Below are positions 18,292-26,649 of a DNA stretch of 64,000 bases, piece after piece. Location of the stretch: assembly GCA_965219455.1 (NCBI GenBank), contig OZ244744.1, positions 2,944,001 to 3,008,000 on the forward strand, read 5' to 3'. Positions within the stretch are counted from its first letter, which is position 1; the number at the start of each line of letters is the position of its first letter. Source of the stretch: Candidatus Latescibacterota bacterium (lineage in GTDB: Bacteria; Latescibacterota; UBA2968; GCA-2709665). The position numbers and the translations under genes are program-made. Under the pieces are notes generated by a model. The model saw nothing but the letters and a program-made list of their open reading frames with translations. It was not told the DNA's origin and did not search any database.

Positions 18292-18453
18292 AAGGGAATA
18301 GGGAAGTTTAGGGGGAGGGAGTTATTTTCTCGGCGATAGCTAAACACAGTCACTTCGACAGGGTCAGCACAAGCAACGCAGCGAGATGGGATGAATCGGT
18401 GCGAGGATGGTGTGGTAAATTTATTACGAGACATCAGGTCCGAGGAGGTTCAG

Positions 18454-19509
18454 ATGTCAGACACACGATACCGTGAGATCGAAGTCGCCGGATCGCCGTT
18501 TGAGATGGGGCGCCAGATCGGCGAGGCCGCCCGTGAAGAAATCCGCGGCTTTGCGCATATCGCCCTCGAACGGGTGAACAAGAGCGTTACGGTCCCCGTT
18601 GAAAGGGCAATGGCCGTCGCCCGGGACTGCATTCCGTACGTGGAGGGATACGCGCCCCACATGCTCGACGAGATGCGAGGCATGGCCGAGTCCTCCGGCG
18701 TCCCTATGGACGATCTCATGATGCTCCAGGTCCGAAATCAGCTTCAGGCGAAGGCCGACGCCGGATGCACGTCCTTTTCAGTCACCGCGCCGGCCGGAGG
18801 GGCCAACATTGTGGGTCAGAACTGGGATAACGACCCGGCACTCAACCCCTTTACCATTGTCCTCAAGCGCCGCCCGACGGGAAAGCCAGCCATCCTGAAC
18901 ATTACCCAGGCCGGGATCATCGCCTACATCGGCGTGAACAGCGAGGGTATCGGGCTATGTCTGAATACCCTTCCGTCGCCCAGCCGGGCCGTGGGCGTGC
19001 CGCACTACTTCACGGTCCGGGGCATTTATGAAACAGGCACCCTGGAAGATGCCGTGCAGGCGGTGCGCCGGGCGAGGCGCGCCATCCCGGCCAACATCAT
19101 CCTTGCGACGCCCCAGGGGCCGGCGGACCTGGAGGTCACCCTGGACACCGTGCATGTGATCCGGGACGACGGCGTGGGCCTGGTAACACATACCAACCAC
19201 TGCGAGCATCCCGAACTGGTGCATAACAACAGCGTCTTCCCCGAACTCATCCAGTCCGGCGGGCGGAAAATCCGAATCCGGAAACTCTTCGATGAAATGG
19301 AACGTCCCTTTGCGATCGAGAGCATGAAGGCCGCGCTGAGCGATCATGAAAACCACCCCACCTCCATCTGTCGCCATCCCAACGATGACCCCACGACAGG
19401 GTACTGGGCGACCGCGTTCTCCGTCATCATCGAAACCGATGCCGGCCGCATGCACGTGAGCCGAAACAACCCCTGCCAGAACCCGTATGAGACCTATGCG
19501 CTGAACTGA
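18454..19509 (+). CDS. C45 family autoproteolytic acyltransferase/peptidase
   Basis: GCTS nucleophile site, GQNWD, GVNSEG, HTNH. Confidence 0.88.
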   Translation: MSDTRYREIEVAGSPFEMGRQIGEAAREEIRGFAHIALERVNKSVTVPVERAMAVARDCIPYVEGYAPHMLDEMRGMAESSGVPMDDLMMLQVRNQLQAKADAGCTSFSVTAPAGGANIVGQNWDNDPALNPFTIVLKRRPTGKPAILNITQAGIIAYIGVNSEGIGLCLNTLPSPSRAVGVPHYFTVRGIYETGTLEDAVQAVRRARRAIPANIILATPQGPADLEVTLDTVHVIRDDGVGLVTHTNHCEHPELVHNNSVFPELIQSGGRKIRIRKLFDEMERPFAIESMKAALSDHENHPTSICRHPNDDPTTGYWATAFSVIIETDAGRMHVSRNNPCQNPYETYALN

Positions 19510-19560
19510 TCGGCACGCGCGCCGCATCGCTTTCCACCCGGTCTTTCAGGAATCATCTCC

Positions 19561-21432
19561 ATGTCTCTCACGTCCAACCAGATCGCGTACGCGCTATCGC
19601 GCAAACTCCTGCGCAACCGGCATACCCGTATCATGATGGATTACTATACGGAAAAACTGCCGCGTCTCGAAACGCCTGGATCTCCTGCGCAATGGAAGAG
19701 GCTGACCGCCAGGGTCCGTCGGGACCTCCTGAAGAAGGTCTACCTGACCGGACTCGATCCGAGCGTCAACGATCGCCCGCCGGATGTCCGCTGGCGTGGC
19801 GTCCTGGAGGGCAACGGCTACCGAATCCGGAAGCTCCACTACGAAGGGTATCCGGGCATGAGGATCCCGGCGCTGCTTTACGAGCCTGAGAATCTGAGGG
19901 ACAAGGCGCCGGTCGTGCTCAACCCCAATGGCCACCATCGCGGCGGCAAGGCCATGGACTATAAGCAGGCGCGGTGCATCAACCTGGCCAAACGCGGCAT
20001 GCTCGCCCTCAACTTCGAATTCATCGGCATGGGTGAACTTCAAGGCTCGGCCAACCACATGCACCAGGCCCACATCGACCTGTGCGGTGTAGCCGGCGTC
20101 AGCGCCATGTATCTGGCCATGAAACGCGGTCTGGACGTCCTGCTCGCCCACGAACATGCCGATCCCGACCGGGTGGCCATGACCGGTCTCTCGGGCGGCG
20201 GATGGCAAACCGCCGTGCTCACCGCAATGGATGAACGCATCGGCGTCTCTGTGCCCGTTTCCGGACACTCCCCGATCTGGCACCGGGCGACCAAACGATG
20301 GCAGGACCACGGCGACCTGGAGCAGACACCCGTCGATCAATGCACCGTGGCCGACTACGACACCCTCACCGCGATGTTCGCGCCCCGTCCGGCGCTGCTT
20401 GTACACAGCGTCAACGACGGTATTTTCCGACCGGAATTCATGCGGCCGGCCCTGTATACACCCGCCCGGAGGGTATACGAACGGCTCGGCGTACCCGGCC
20501 GCATCGGTTTTTACGCCAACAAGGATCCAGGCACTCACAACTACGAGAAAGATATCCGCGAGCAACTCTACCAATTCCTCAAGACTGCCTGGGACCTTGA
20601 CATCTCCACCCGGGATATCCCGTGCGACGACGAAATACGCTCCGAGTGGGAACTCAACGTGGGGCTGCCGCCGGACAACCCCACGTTCCTCTCGATCGCC
20701 TCCGAACTCGCCGGGCGGCTGCCCGAGAAACGATCGACCACAGATACAAAACAACAGGATCGAAGACGCCTTACCAGAGTGTTGCGGCTGCCGTCTGCGT
20801 ACACCGTCGACGCGCGATCCGTGCGTAAGACACGAACGCTGGACGGAGTACAAATCTCGCACCATCTCCTGGAGATGGACCGCTGGAATATTCCCGTCAC
20901 GGAACTCCGCCCGAACGGTTCGAACGATGTCCTGCTTATCCTCCCGGAAAACGGCCGGGCCGGCGCAGCGAGGGCGGTAGACAGCGCCCTCCAGTCCGGT
21001 AAGCGCGTTTTTGTGGCCGACCTGTTGGCGTTTGGCGAACAGATCATCGCGGACGGCGCCTACCACTACCTGTTTATGGAATGCATCTCCGCGGCCGGGG
21101 ACCGCCCCCTGGGCATCTGCACGGCCCAGTTGCTCGCCCTCCGGCGCTGGATAGAGTCGACAACCGGCATGCATTCCCTGAACATAACCACCCAGGGTCT
21201 CTCCACCGGGCTGATTGCCATCTGTGCGGCGGCCTTGCGCCCCCGGGGCGTCGACGCACTGAGCGCCAACCTGCCCGACACCCTCCGCCGGCTCATCGAC
21301 TGGAGCGTCGACTTCGCGAAAGAGCCCGTTCCGTTTTGTTTCGGCCTGCTCGAGCAGTTTGACATCGAAGACCTGATCCTGCTTTCCCACCCCGTAGACA
21401 TTCTTATGGACGGCCGCGGGCCGATGCGTTGA
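19561..21432 (+). CDS. Alpha/beta hydrolase, acetylxylan-esterase-like
   Basis: GLSGGG nucleophile elbow, APRP, GTHNY; second degenerate hydrolase domain. Confidence 0.8.
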   Translation: MSLTSNQIAYALSRKLLRNRHTRIMMDYYTEKLPRLETPGSPAQWKRLTARVRRDLLKKVYLTGLDPSVNDRPPDVRWRGVLEGNGYRIRKLHYEGYPGMRIPALLYEPENLRDKAPVVLNPNGHHRGGKAMDYKQARCINLAKRGMLALNFEFIGMGELQGSANHMHQAHIDLCGVAGVSAMYLAMKRGLDVLLAHEHADPDRVAMTGLSGGGWQTAVLTAMDERIGVSVPVSGHSPIWHRATKRWQDHGDLEQTPVDQCTVADYDTLTAMFAPRPALLVHSVNDGIFRPEFMRPALYTPARRVYERLGVPGRIGFYANKDPGTHNYEKDIREQLYQFLKTAWDLDISTRDIPCDDEIRSEWELNVGLPPDNPTFLSIASELAGRLPEKRSTTDTKQQDRRRLTRVLRLPSAYTVDARSVRKTRTLDGVQISHHLLEMDRWNIPVTELRPNGSNDVLLILPENGRAGAARAVDSALQSGKRVFVADLLAFGEQIIADGAYHYLFMECISAAGDRPLGICTAQLLALRRWIESTTGMHSLNITTQGLSTGLIAICAAALRPRGVDALSANLPDTLRRLIDWSVDFAKEPVPFCFGLLEQFDIEDLILLSHPVDILMDGRGPMR

Positions 21433-21501
21433 GATCCGGAACACACGGCGCAGCCCGGTCCGATCCTTTCGTTTCGTCGTCGTTCCCGAGAGGCGTATGC
21501 A

Positions 21502-22272
21502 ATGTCCGACTCCGCAACCATCCATTTGAACGCGCGTTATTACCGCGCCCTGCCCATCGACAGTCCCGGGTACGAATCGGTCACGTTCGAACTCCCCATC
21601 GCACGGACGGCCCTCGTCGGCATGCACTGCTGGAATATCGGCTGTCCCGGTGGCCCTCCCCTGAACATGGACTACTGCGTGGACCTGGGTTGGCCTGAGG
21701 CCACGGCTGAAGGCTACCGCATCATGTGCGAGGTGATGCGGCCGGCCATGGACGCGGCACGGACGATCGGTCTCCCCGTAGTACACGTGGAGGCCGACTG
21801 GATGGACGAACAATACCCGCACATTCCTTCCAGACGGGACAGAACAAACGTCTGGAAACCCACCGGCCGCCAGAAGGAAATGCTGGACCGCGCCCACGGC
21901 CCCGATTACATGACAAACTCCCCGCTTGCAAAGATGCGCCGGGCCGAAGTCGTGTCTCCCATTGGCGATGAGCCCATGGTCTTTTACACCGACACCATGG
22001 ACGCATACCTGAAAGCCAACAACATCGACACCCTCATCTACACCGGATTCGCGGCCGATATGTGCGTTCTGGGCTCCGAAGGCGGCGGACAGGCGATGCT
22101 CTCCCGCGGGTACCGCTGTATACTGATGCGAAACGGTACGGTAGGCGTGGAACGTCCGGATACCTTTGACGAACGCCTGGCCACGCGCTACGGCATCCAC
22201 ATTTTCGAATGGAAGATCGGGTACACCACCACGTTCGAGGCGTTCATGGAAGCGGCGGGGACCGGTCAATAG
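21502..22272 (+). CDS. Isochorismatase/cysteine hydrolase family protein
   Basis: IDTLIYTGFAADMCV with nucleophile Cys. Confidence 0.75.
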   Translation: MSDSATIHLNARYYRALPIDSPGYESVTFELPIARTALVGMHCWNIGCPGGPPLNMDYCVDLGWPEATAEGYRIMCEVMRPAMDAARTIGLPVVHVEADWMDEQYPHIPSRRDRTNVWKPTGRQKEMLDRAHGPDYMTNSPLAKMRRAEVVSPIGDEPMVFYTDTMDAYLKANNIDTLIYTGFAADMCVLGSEGGGQAMLSRGYRCILMRNGTVGVERPDTFDERLATRYGIHIFEWKIGYTTTFEAFMEAAGTGQ

Positions 22273-22314
22273 GCCTGAAAGTCATCCGACGAAGCGTCAA
22301 AGAAAGGAAAATCA

Positions 22315-23307
22315 ATGGCCATCGGAATTTGTGACTGGAAACACGGCAAGAAATGGGTCTATTCCATCACGTACGACGAAGCGCTCATCGAATTGCACGA
22401 ACGCGCCGTGCCGATCCATGAAGCGTTCAATATACCTGGACATATGGAAGCGGTGGCCGGCCACATCGGCGAAATACGGCGTCTCGGCAACTCCAGTTAC
22501 AACGGCTTCCGGCACATGACCGGGGAGGAAATGAAGGAGATGGTCGACCGCGGCTGGGGTGTGGGAAACCATTCATGGAGCCACGAAGTGATACAGCCGG
22601 ATATGCTGGACCGGGAGTTGCGAGAGGCCAAGGAGGTAATGGAAGAGGCCATCGACGGTCCGGTGGATCTCTACTGCTCGCCCGGCAACAATACCAATAT
22701 GGCGGACCACGTACTGGAAGCCTGCCGGGAATACGGCTATCTCGGAGCGATGAGCCTGACGGACGCGCTCAACCGGCCCGGTGACGAACTCTTCTGGCTG
22801 AACCGCACGGCACTGCACGACCAGTTCTACGAACCCTTCTACAGCGAATTCGATCCGTACAGGAACATACGCCATGCGCAAGTCGACAACGGGTGGATAA
22901 TCGACTACTGCCACTGCCCGCTGGATGAAGTGGTCCATCGTAACAAAGACTGTACCGCCGACCAGCTTCGGCGGCGTTTTGAAGCGGTCCTCAGCGAAGG
23001 CGGGGAAGATGTATGGTGCGCCGTGCCCGAGGAAGCCATTTTCTACCATCTCACCCGGCGCCATACCGAGGTTACAACCCTCGACGATACCGCCGACGAA
23101 AGGCGCTACCGCCTGAACCTTGACGGGTTGTCCGACCGGGTCACGTGTCGTGCTCTAACCCTGGACGCCGACGTGCCCGCGGCCTGGTGCCGGTATCCCC
23201 GGGTTCGCGTCGGCAATCAACCCATGCCCGCTTCCCTCGTCCGCCCCGGCGTTCTGCGCATTACCGTGGACGTTGAAGACGGGATGGAACTGGCGTATTC
23301 GGCTTAG
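22315..23307 (+). CDS. Polysaccharide deacetylase family protein
   Basis: YSITYDE and GNHSWSH NodB-type motifs. Confidence 0.8.
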   Translation: MAIGICDWKHGKKWVYSITYDEALIELHERAVPIHEAFNIPGHMEAVAGHIGEIRRLGNSSYNGFRHMTGEEMKEMVDRGWGVGNHSWSHEVIQPDMLDRELREAKEVMEEAIDGPVDLYCSPGNNTNMADHVLEACREYGYLGAMSLTDALNRPGDELFWLNRTALHDQFYEPFYSEFDPYRNIRHAQVDNGWIIDYCHCPLDEVVHRNKDCTADQLRRRFEAVLSEGGEDVWCAVPEEAIFYHLTRRHTEVTTLDDTADERRYRLNLDGLSDRVTCRALTLDADVPAAWCRYPRVRVGNQPMPASLVRPGVLRITVDVEDGMELAYSA

Positions 23308-23357
23308 AGCTGAGACCCGATACAGACCGCGACACAGAGAAAGAAGAAATCCGGAGA

Positions 23358-23915
23358 ATGGGCAACTTCGCGGGTCACAACGTTCACCTGGAGACGGCGC
23401 GCCTGAGTCTGCGGCCATTTGAGGAGGTGGATTTCGATCTGGCCGTTCCCTTTTACAGGGATCCCGATTTTCTCGCCGCGATGGAGGGCGAACCGCCTGA
23501 CGCACCTGTGACTTCCGACTATCTCAAAGGCGCGGGCAGGGCCATGGCCGAACAGGGTTTCCTGTTCGCGGTCGTTGAAAAGGCCAGCGGCCGCACCATC
23601 GGTGAAGTGTGTCTTCAGTGGATGAATTTGGAGCGCGGTAAGATTATGGGCGAGAAGGTGATGCGCCTGCCCATTGGAATCTGGGACAAGTCTTTGTGGG
23701 GAAGGGGTTACGGAAAAGAAGTGGTGCGGTGCCTGATGGCGTATGCGTTTGAGGACTTGGGAATCGATCGGTTCTGTCCGATGGACGTTTCCGCCGACAA
23801 TGTCCGGTCAGTGGGGTTGTGGCGGTCGCTCGGCCTGGTCGTCGCGAGGGACGTGGACGGTGGAAAGGTGCTGGATTTTGAGATTACGAGGGAGGTCTAT
23901 GAGCGGTTGAGGTAA
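23358..23915 (+). CDS. GNAT N-acetyltransferase (RimJ/RimL-like)
   Basis: LETARLSLRP, WGRGYGKE, N..S..L. Confidence 0.85.
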   Translation: MGNFAGHNVHLETARLSLRPFEEVDFDLAVPFYRDPDFLAAMEGEPPDAPVTSDYLKGAGRAMAEQGFLFAVVEKASGRTIGEVCLQWMNLERGKIMGEKVMRLPIGIWDKSLWGRGYGKEVVRCLMAYAFEDLGIDRFCPMDVSADNVRSVGLWRSLGLVVARDVDGGKVLDFEITREVYERLR

Positions 23916-24053
23916 GGAAACCACCGGCCGCAGTAATTGAAGAACCCGTTCTCACACAAAGACACGAAGACACCAGGAATAACCTGGGAAGATGGGCGAT
24001 GGGTCTTGCTATAAGCACGCCCATATATTTCTTGTAAGTTTTTTATTTTTATA

Positions 24054-24248
24054 TTTTTACGCCCTTTTTCTTTCTCGCCAAAGAAAAAGGGCCAAAAAGA
24101 ACGGCGCCGTTCGGCACGGGGCCGGTTTTTCCACGAATCTCGTCAGTGGCGAAACCTGACGGTTGTGCCCTACGTACGCATCCGGACCCCTGGCGCTTCG
24201 GTGCTGAACGGAATAGCGTGGAAAAACCCCCCACTCCACCACCGTGCG
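24054..24248 (-). repeat. Family A, full copy
   Basis: Reverse complement aligns with 212-405 in the conserved blocks, with an identical 62-nt core length. Confidence 0.85.
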
Positions 24249-24433
24249 GATGAGGGGCTAAAGCGAAATGCCGCGCGGGCGAGACCTACCCCCTATCCCC
24301 CTTCCTGAAGGAAGGGGGAAACTGTCATCGGTTGATCACGCCTCTATCGATGATATAATCCACCTGACATATTGTGACGGGACAACGCTTGTCTCCCCCT
24401 TTCCTTTAGGAGAGGGGGCCGGGGGAGAGGTCC
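24229..24433. repeat. ~205-bp near-identical direct repeat (with 25813-26018) containing a family B element
   Basis: ccccactccaccaccgtg...gagaggtcc present twice with few mismatches. Confidence 0.9.
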
Positions 24434-24581
24434 TGGGAGCGAGGGCATCTTGCCCTCGTTGCGCCACTTCTGGTTCTGCCTATTCATCGGGCTGATGTCA
24501 ACGGATCGCATTTCTGGTTCAAGCTGACAGCTGTTGTTCCTGACCGCTGATTGCTGATTTTACCCTTTGTGTGAGATGATT

Positions 24582-24798
24582 TCAGGTTCCTTCCCCCATC
24601 CCAGCGATTGCGGGTGCGACGTATTCGTCGTCGGGATTGACGAGGTACGTGTAGCCGCTGGGGAGACCGGCGCCCTTCATAAGCCCCTTGACAATCGTAA
24701 TGTCGCCCGTTGAGACGCCCCGGGTTGTGACGGCCGCGATCCTGTAACTCGTGTCCATCGGCAAATCGTTCATGAAATGGATGGTTCGACCGGCGAGG
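24582..24798 (-). pseudogene. Duplicated 3' end of the heparinase gene at 26650-29628
   Basis: Encodes LAGRTIHFMNDLPMDTSYRIAAV...GEGT*; about 90% nt identity to 26650-26866 by eye count. Confidence 0.9.
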
Positions 24799-25778
24799 CG
24801 ACCCCGGAGCTTTCTGCCTTGAAAGACAAACAGACAGCTAAACAAGGCTTCTGGGCTTATTATCTGGGCGGTCTGTTTGTCAGGATGAGCGACAACCACC
24901 TCTTCCTGTTCGCCGCCGGCCTTGCCTTTGCAACCCTCCTATGTCTTGTGCCCTCGGTCTTCCTCATTTTCTTTGTGCTCGGAGCAGTCCAGGACGCGGC
25001 CTCCATAGCCGACCAGGTCAATAGGACAGTGGAGGTGTTCATCCCTTATGAAGAACATGCCGCGTACCTGAAGGATGCTTTATCCTCGCGCATCCCCGAC
25101 GTCGTCGAATTTAAAGAGGCGTACGGCGTTTCCGGCCTGTCAATCCTGCTGCTGAGTGTCAGCAGCCTGTTCAGCAGCATGAGAACCCTCCTCAACACGG
25201 TCTTCCGAGCCTCCGGGGACGAGCATAACCTGGTGGCGAGACTGTTCAAGCAGTGGCCGGAAGCGGTGGACAAACTCAAGAATATGAGTACTTCAGGTCT
25301 CCGGTTGAATTTCTTGCGCATGACCCTGCCGGTAGCGGTGGGCAAATTGAAAGACCTCGCTATGGTACTCCTGGTAATGTACGCTTTTTTGCTGTTGATC
25401 CTCTCTCTGCCCATTTTGGCCGCGGTCCTCAACGCCGTCCTGTCGCCGCTGCACTCCTATGTGACCTACTTCTACGACCTCGCCTCCTTTGCGGTGATCT
25501 TTGCCGTATTCCTTGGCCTGTACTGGCTGGTGCCTTATGAGGCACCCCGGATAAACGTGCTGGCTATGGGCGCTTTTTGGGCCGCCCTGCTGTTGAAACT
25601 GGCCGAATGGCTCTTCGGCTATTACCTGGGCCATTTCGCCTCCATCTGGTATTTGTACGGGGCTTATACGCTGCCGTTGGCCGTGGCCCTGTGGATCTAC
25701 TTTTCAGCCATCGTCTTCATCGCAGGTGCCGAGGTCGCCCAACTCTGCCATGAAAAACGCGCTGCCGTTCGAGGCTGA
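24777..25778 (+). CDS. YihY/BrkB family membrane protein
   Basis: AAGLAF...CLVP, LYGAY...LWIYFSAIVFIAGAEV; start uncertain. Confidence 0.88.
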   Translation: MDGSTGEATPELSALKDKQTAKQGFWAYYLGGLFVRMSDNHLFLFAAGLAFATLLCLVPSVFLIFFVLGAVQDAASIADQVNRTVEVFIPYEEHAAYLKDALSSRIPDVVEFKEAYGVSGLSILLLSVSSLFSSMRTLLNTVFRASGDEHNLVARLFKQWPEAVDKLKNMSTSGLRLNFLRMTLPVAVGKLKDLAMVLLVMYAFLLLILSLPILAAVLNAVLSPLHSYVTYFYDLASFAVIFAVFLGLYWLVPYEAPRINVLAMGAFWAALLLKLAEWLFGYYLGHFASIWYLYGAYTLPLAVALWIYFSAIVFIAGAEVAQLCHEKRAAVRG

Positions 25779-25812
25779 TGGTGAGCGGCACGTTTCTAGC
25801 CGCGAACAAACT

Positions 25813-26018
25813 CCCCACTCCACCACCGTGAGGGCGAGGGGCGAAAGCGAAAGGCCGCGCGGGCGAGACCTACCCCCTATCCCCCTTCCTGAAGGAAGGG
25901 GGTAACTGTCATCGGTTGATCACGCCTCTATCGATGATATAATCCACCTGACATATTGTGACGGGACAACGCTTGTCTCCCCCTTTCCTTTAGGAGAGGG
26001 GGCCGGGGGGAGAGGTCC
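25813..26018. repeat. Second copy of the ~205-bp direct repeat / family B
   Basis: See 24229-24433. Confidence 0.9.
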
Positions 26019-26036
26019 CGCGCCGTCATTGGTCTT

Positions 26037-26625
26037 GTAGGGGCAACCCTTGTGGTTGCCCTCTTCGTGGCGGGCATATCGCTGGTTGGAATCGTCAGGC
26101 CGTATCGCTAACCGCTGTTGGCTGATCGCTGATTGCTTCTCGCCGAGTGGAAGCCAATGAATATTCGGTCGAAGGGCCTTTCGTGAGGGCAACCAGAGCA
26201 GAGCGCGTGGTTCCGTTCAGCACAGAACACCGATTTCCAAAATTACTTGCAGGGCAGTAGACCTTGTGGATGCGCCGTGGAGATTCGCGCTGTGCATATC
26301 GCAGGCCCCGCGCCTAGCGGCGACTTTTGGTTCCTTTTGGTCGCTTCAAAAGGAACCCGCCGGAGGCAGGGAATTTGGGGAGGTCTGGATTTGGAGTATG
26401 TTTTCTTTCGTAATTTTAATCTACGCCGGTTTTCTTACGCGAATTGATATCGTGAGTCCGTATCGTTAACCGCTGTTGGCTGACTGCTGTTTTTCCAGCA
26501 ACGAGGGCGACCGGCCGGTCGCCCCTACGAAAACCAGGCGTTCGTGAATTGATATCACAATGCCGAATCGCTAACCGGTTTTGGCTGATAGCTGACCGCT
26601 GATCGCTGGTTTTCCTGATTGCTGA
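26037..26625. repeat. Composite repeat cluster: GTAG REPs (26037, 26505), family D x3, diverged family A (26198-26357)
   Basis: Direct sequence matches to the other copies in this window. Confidence 0.75.
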
Positions 26626-26649
26626 ATTTACCCTTTGTGTGAGATGATT

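Noticed and set aside
19594-22269. 891-aa minus-strand ORF and other long antisense ORFs (8063-9466, 9872-11155, 14629-16011, 28183-29451)
   Set aside because: They shadow well-supported genes on the opposite strand, as expected in GC-rich DNA, and carry no recognisable motifs
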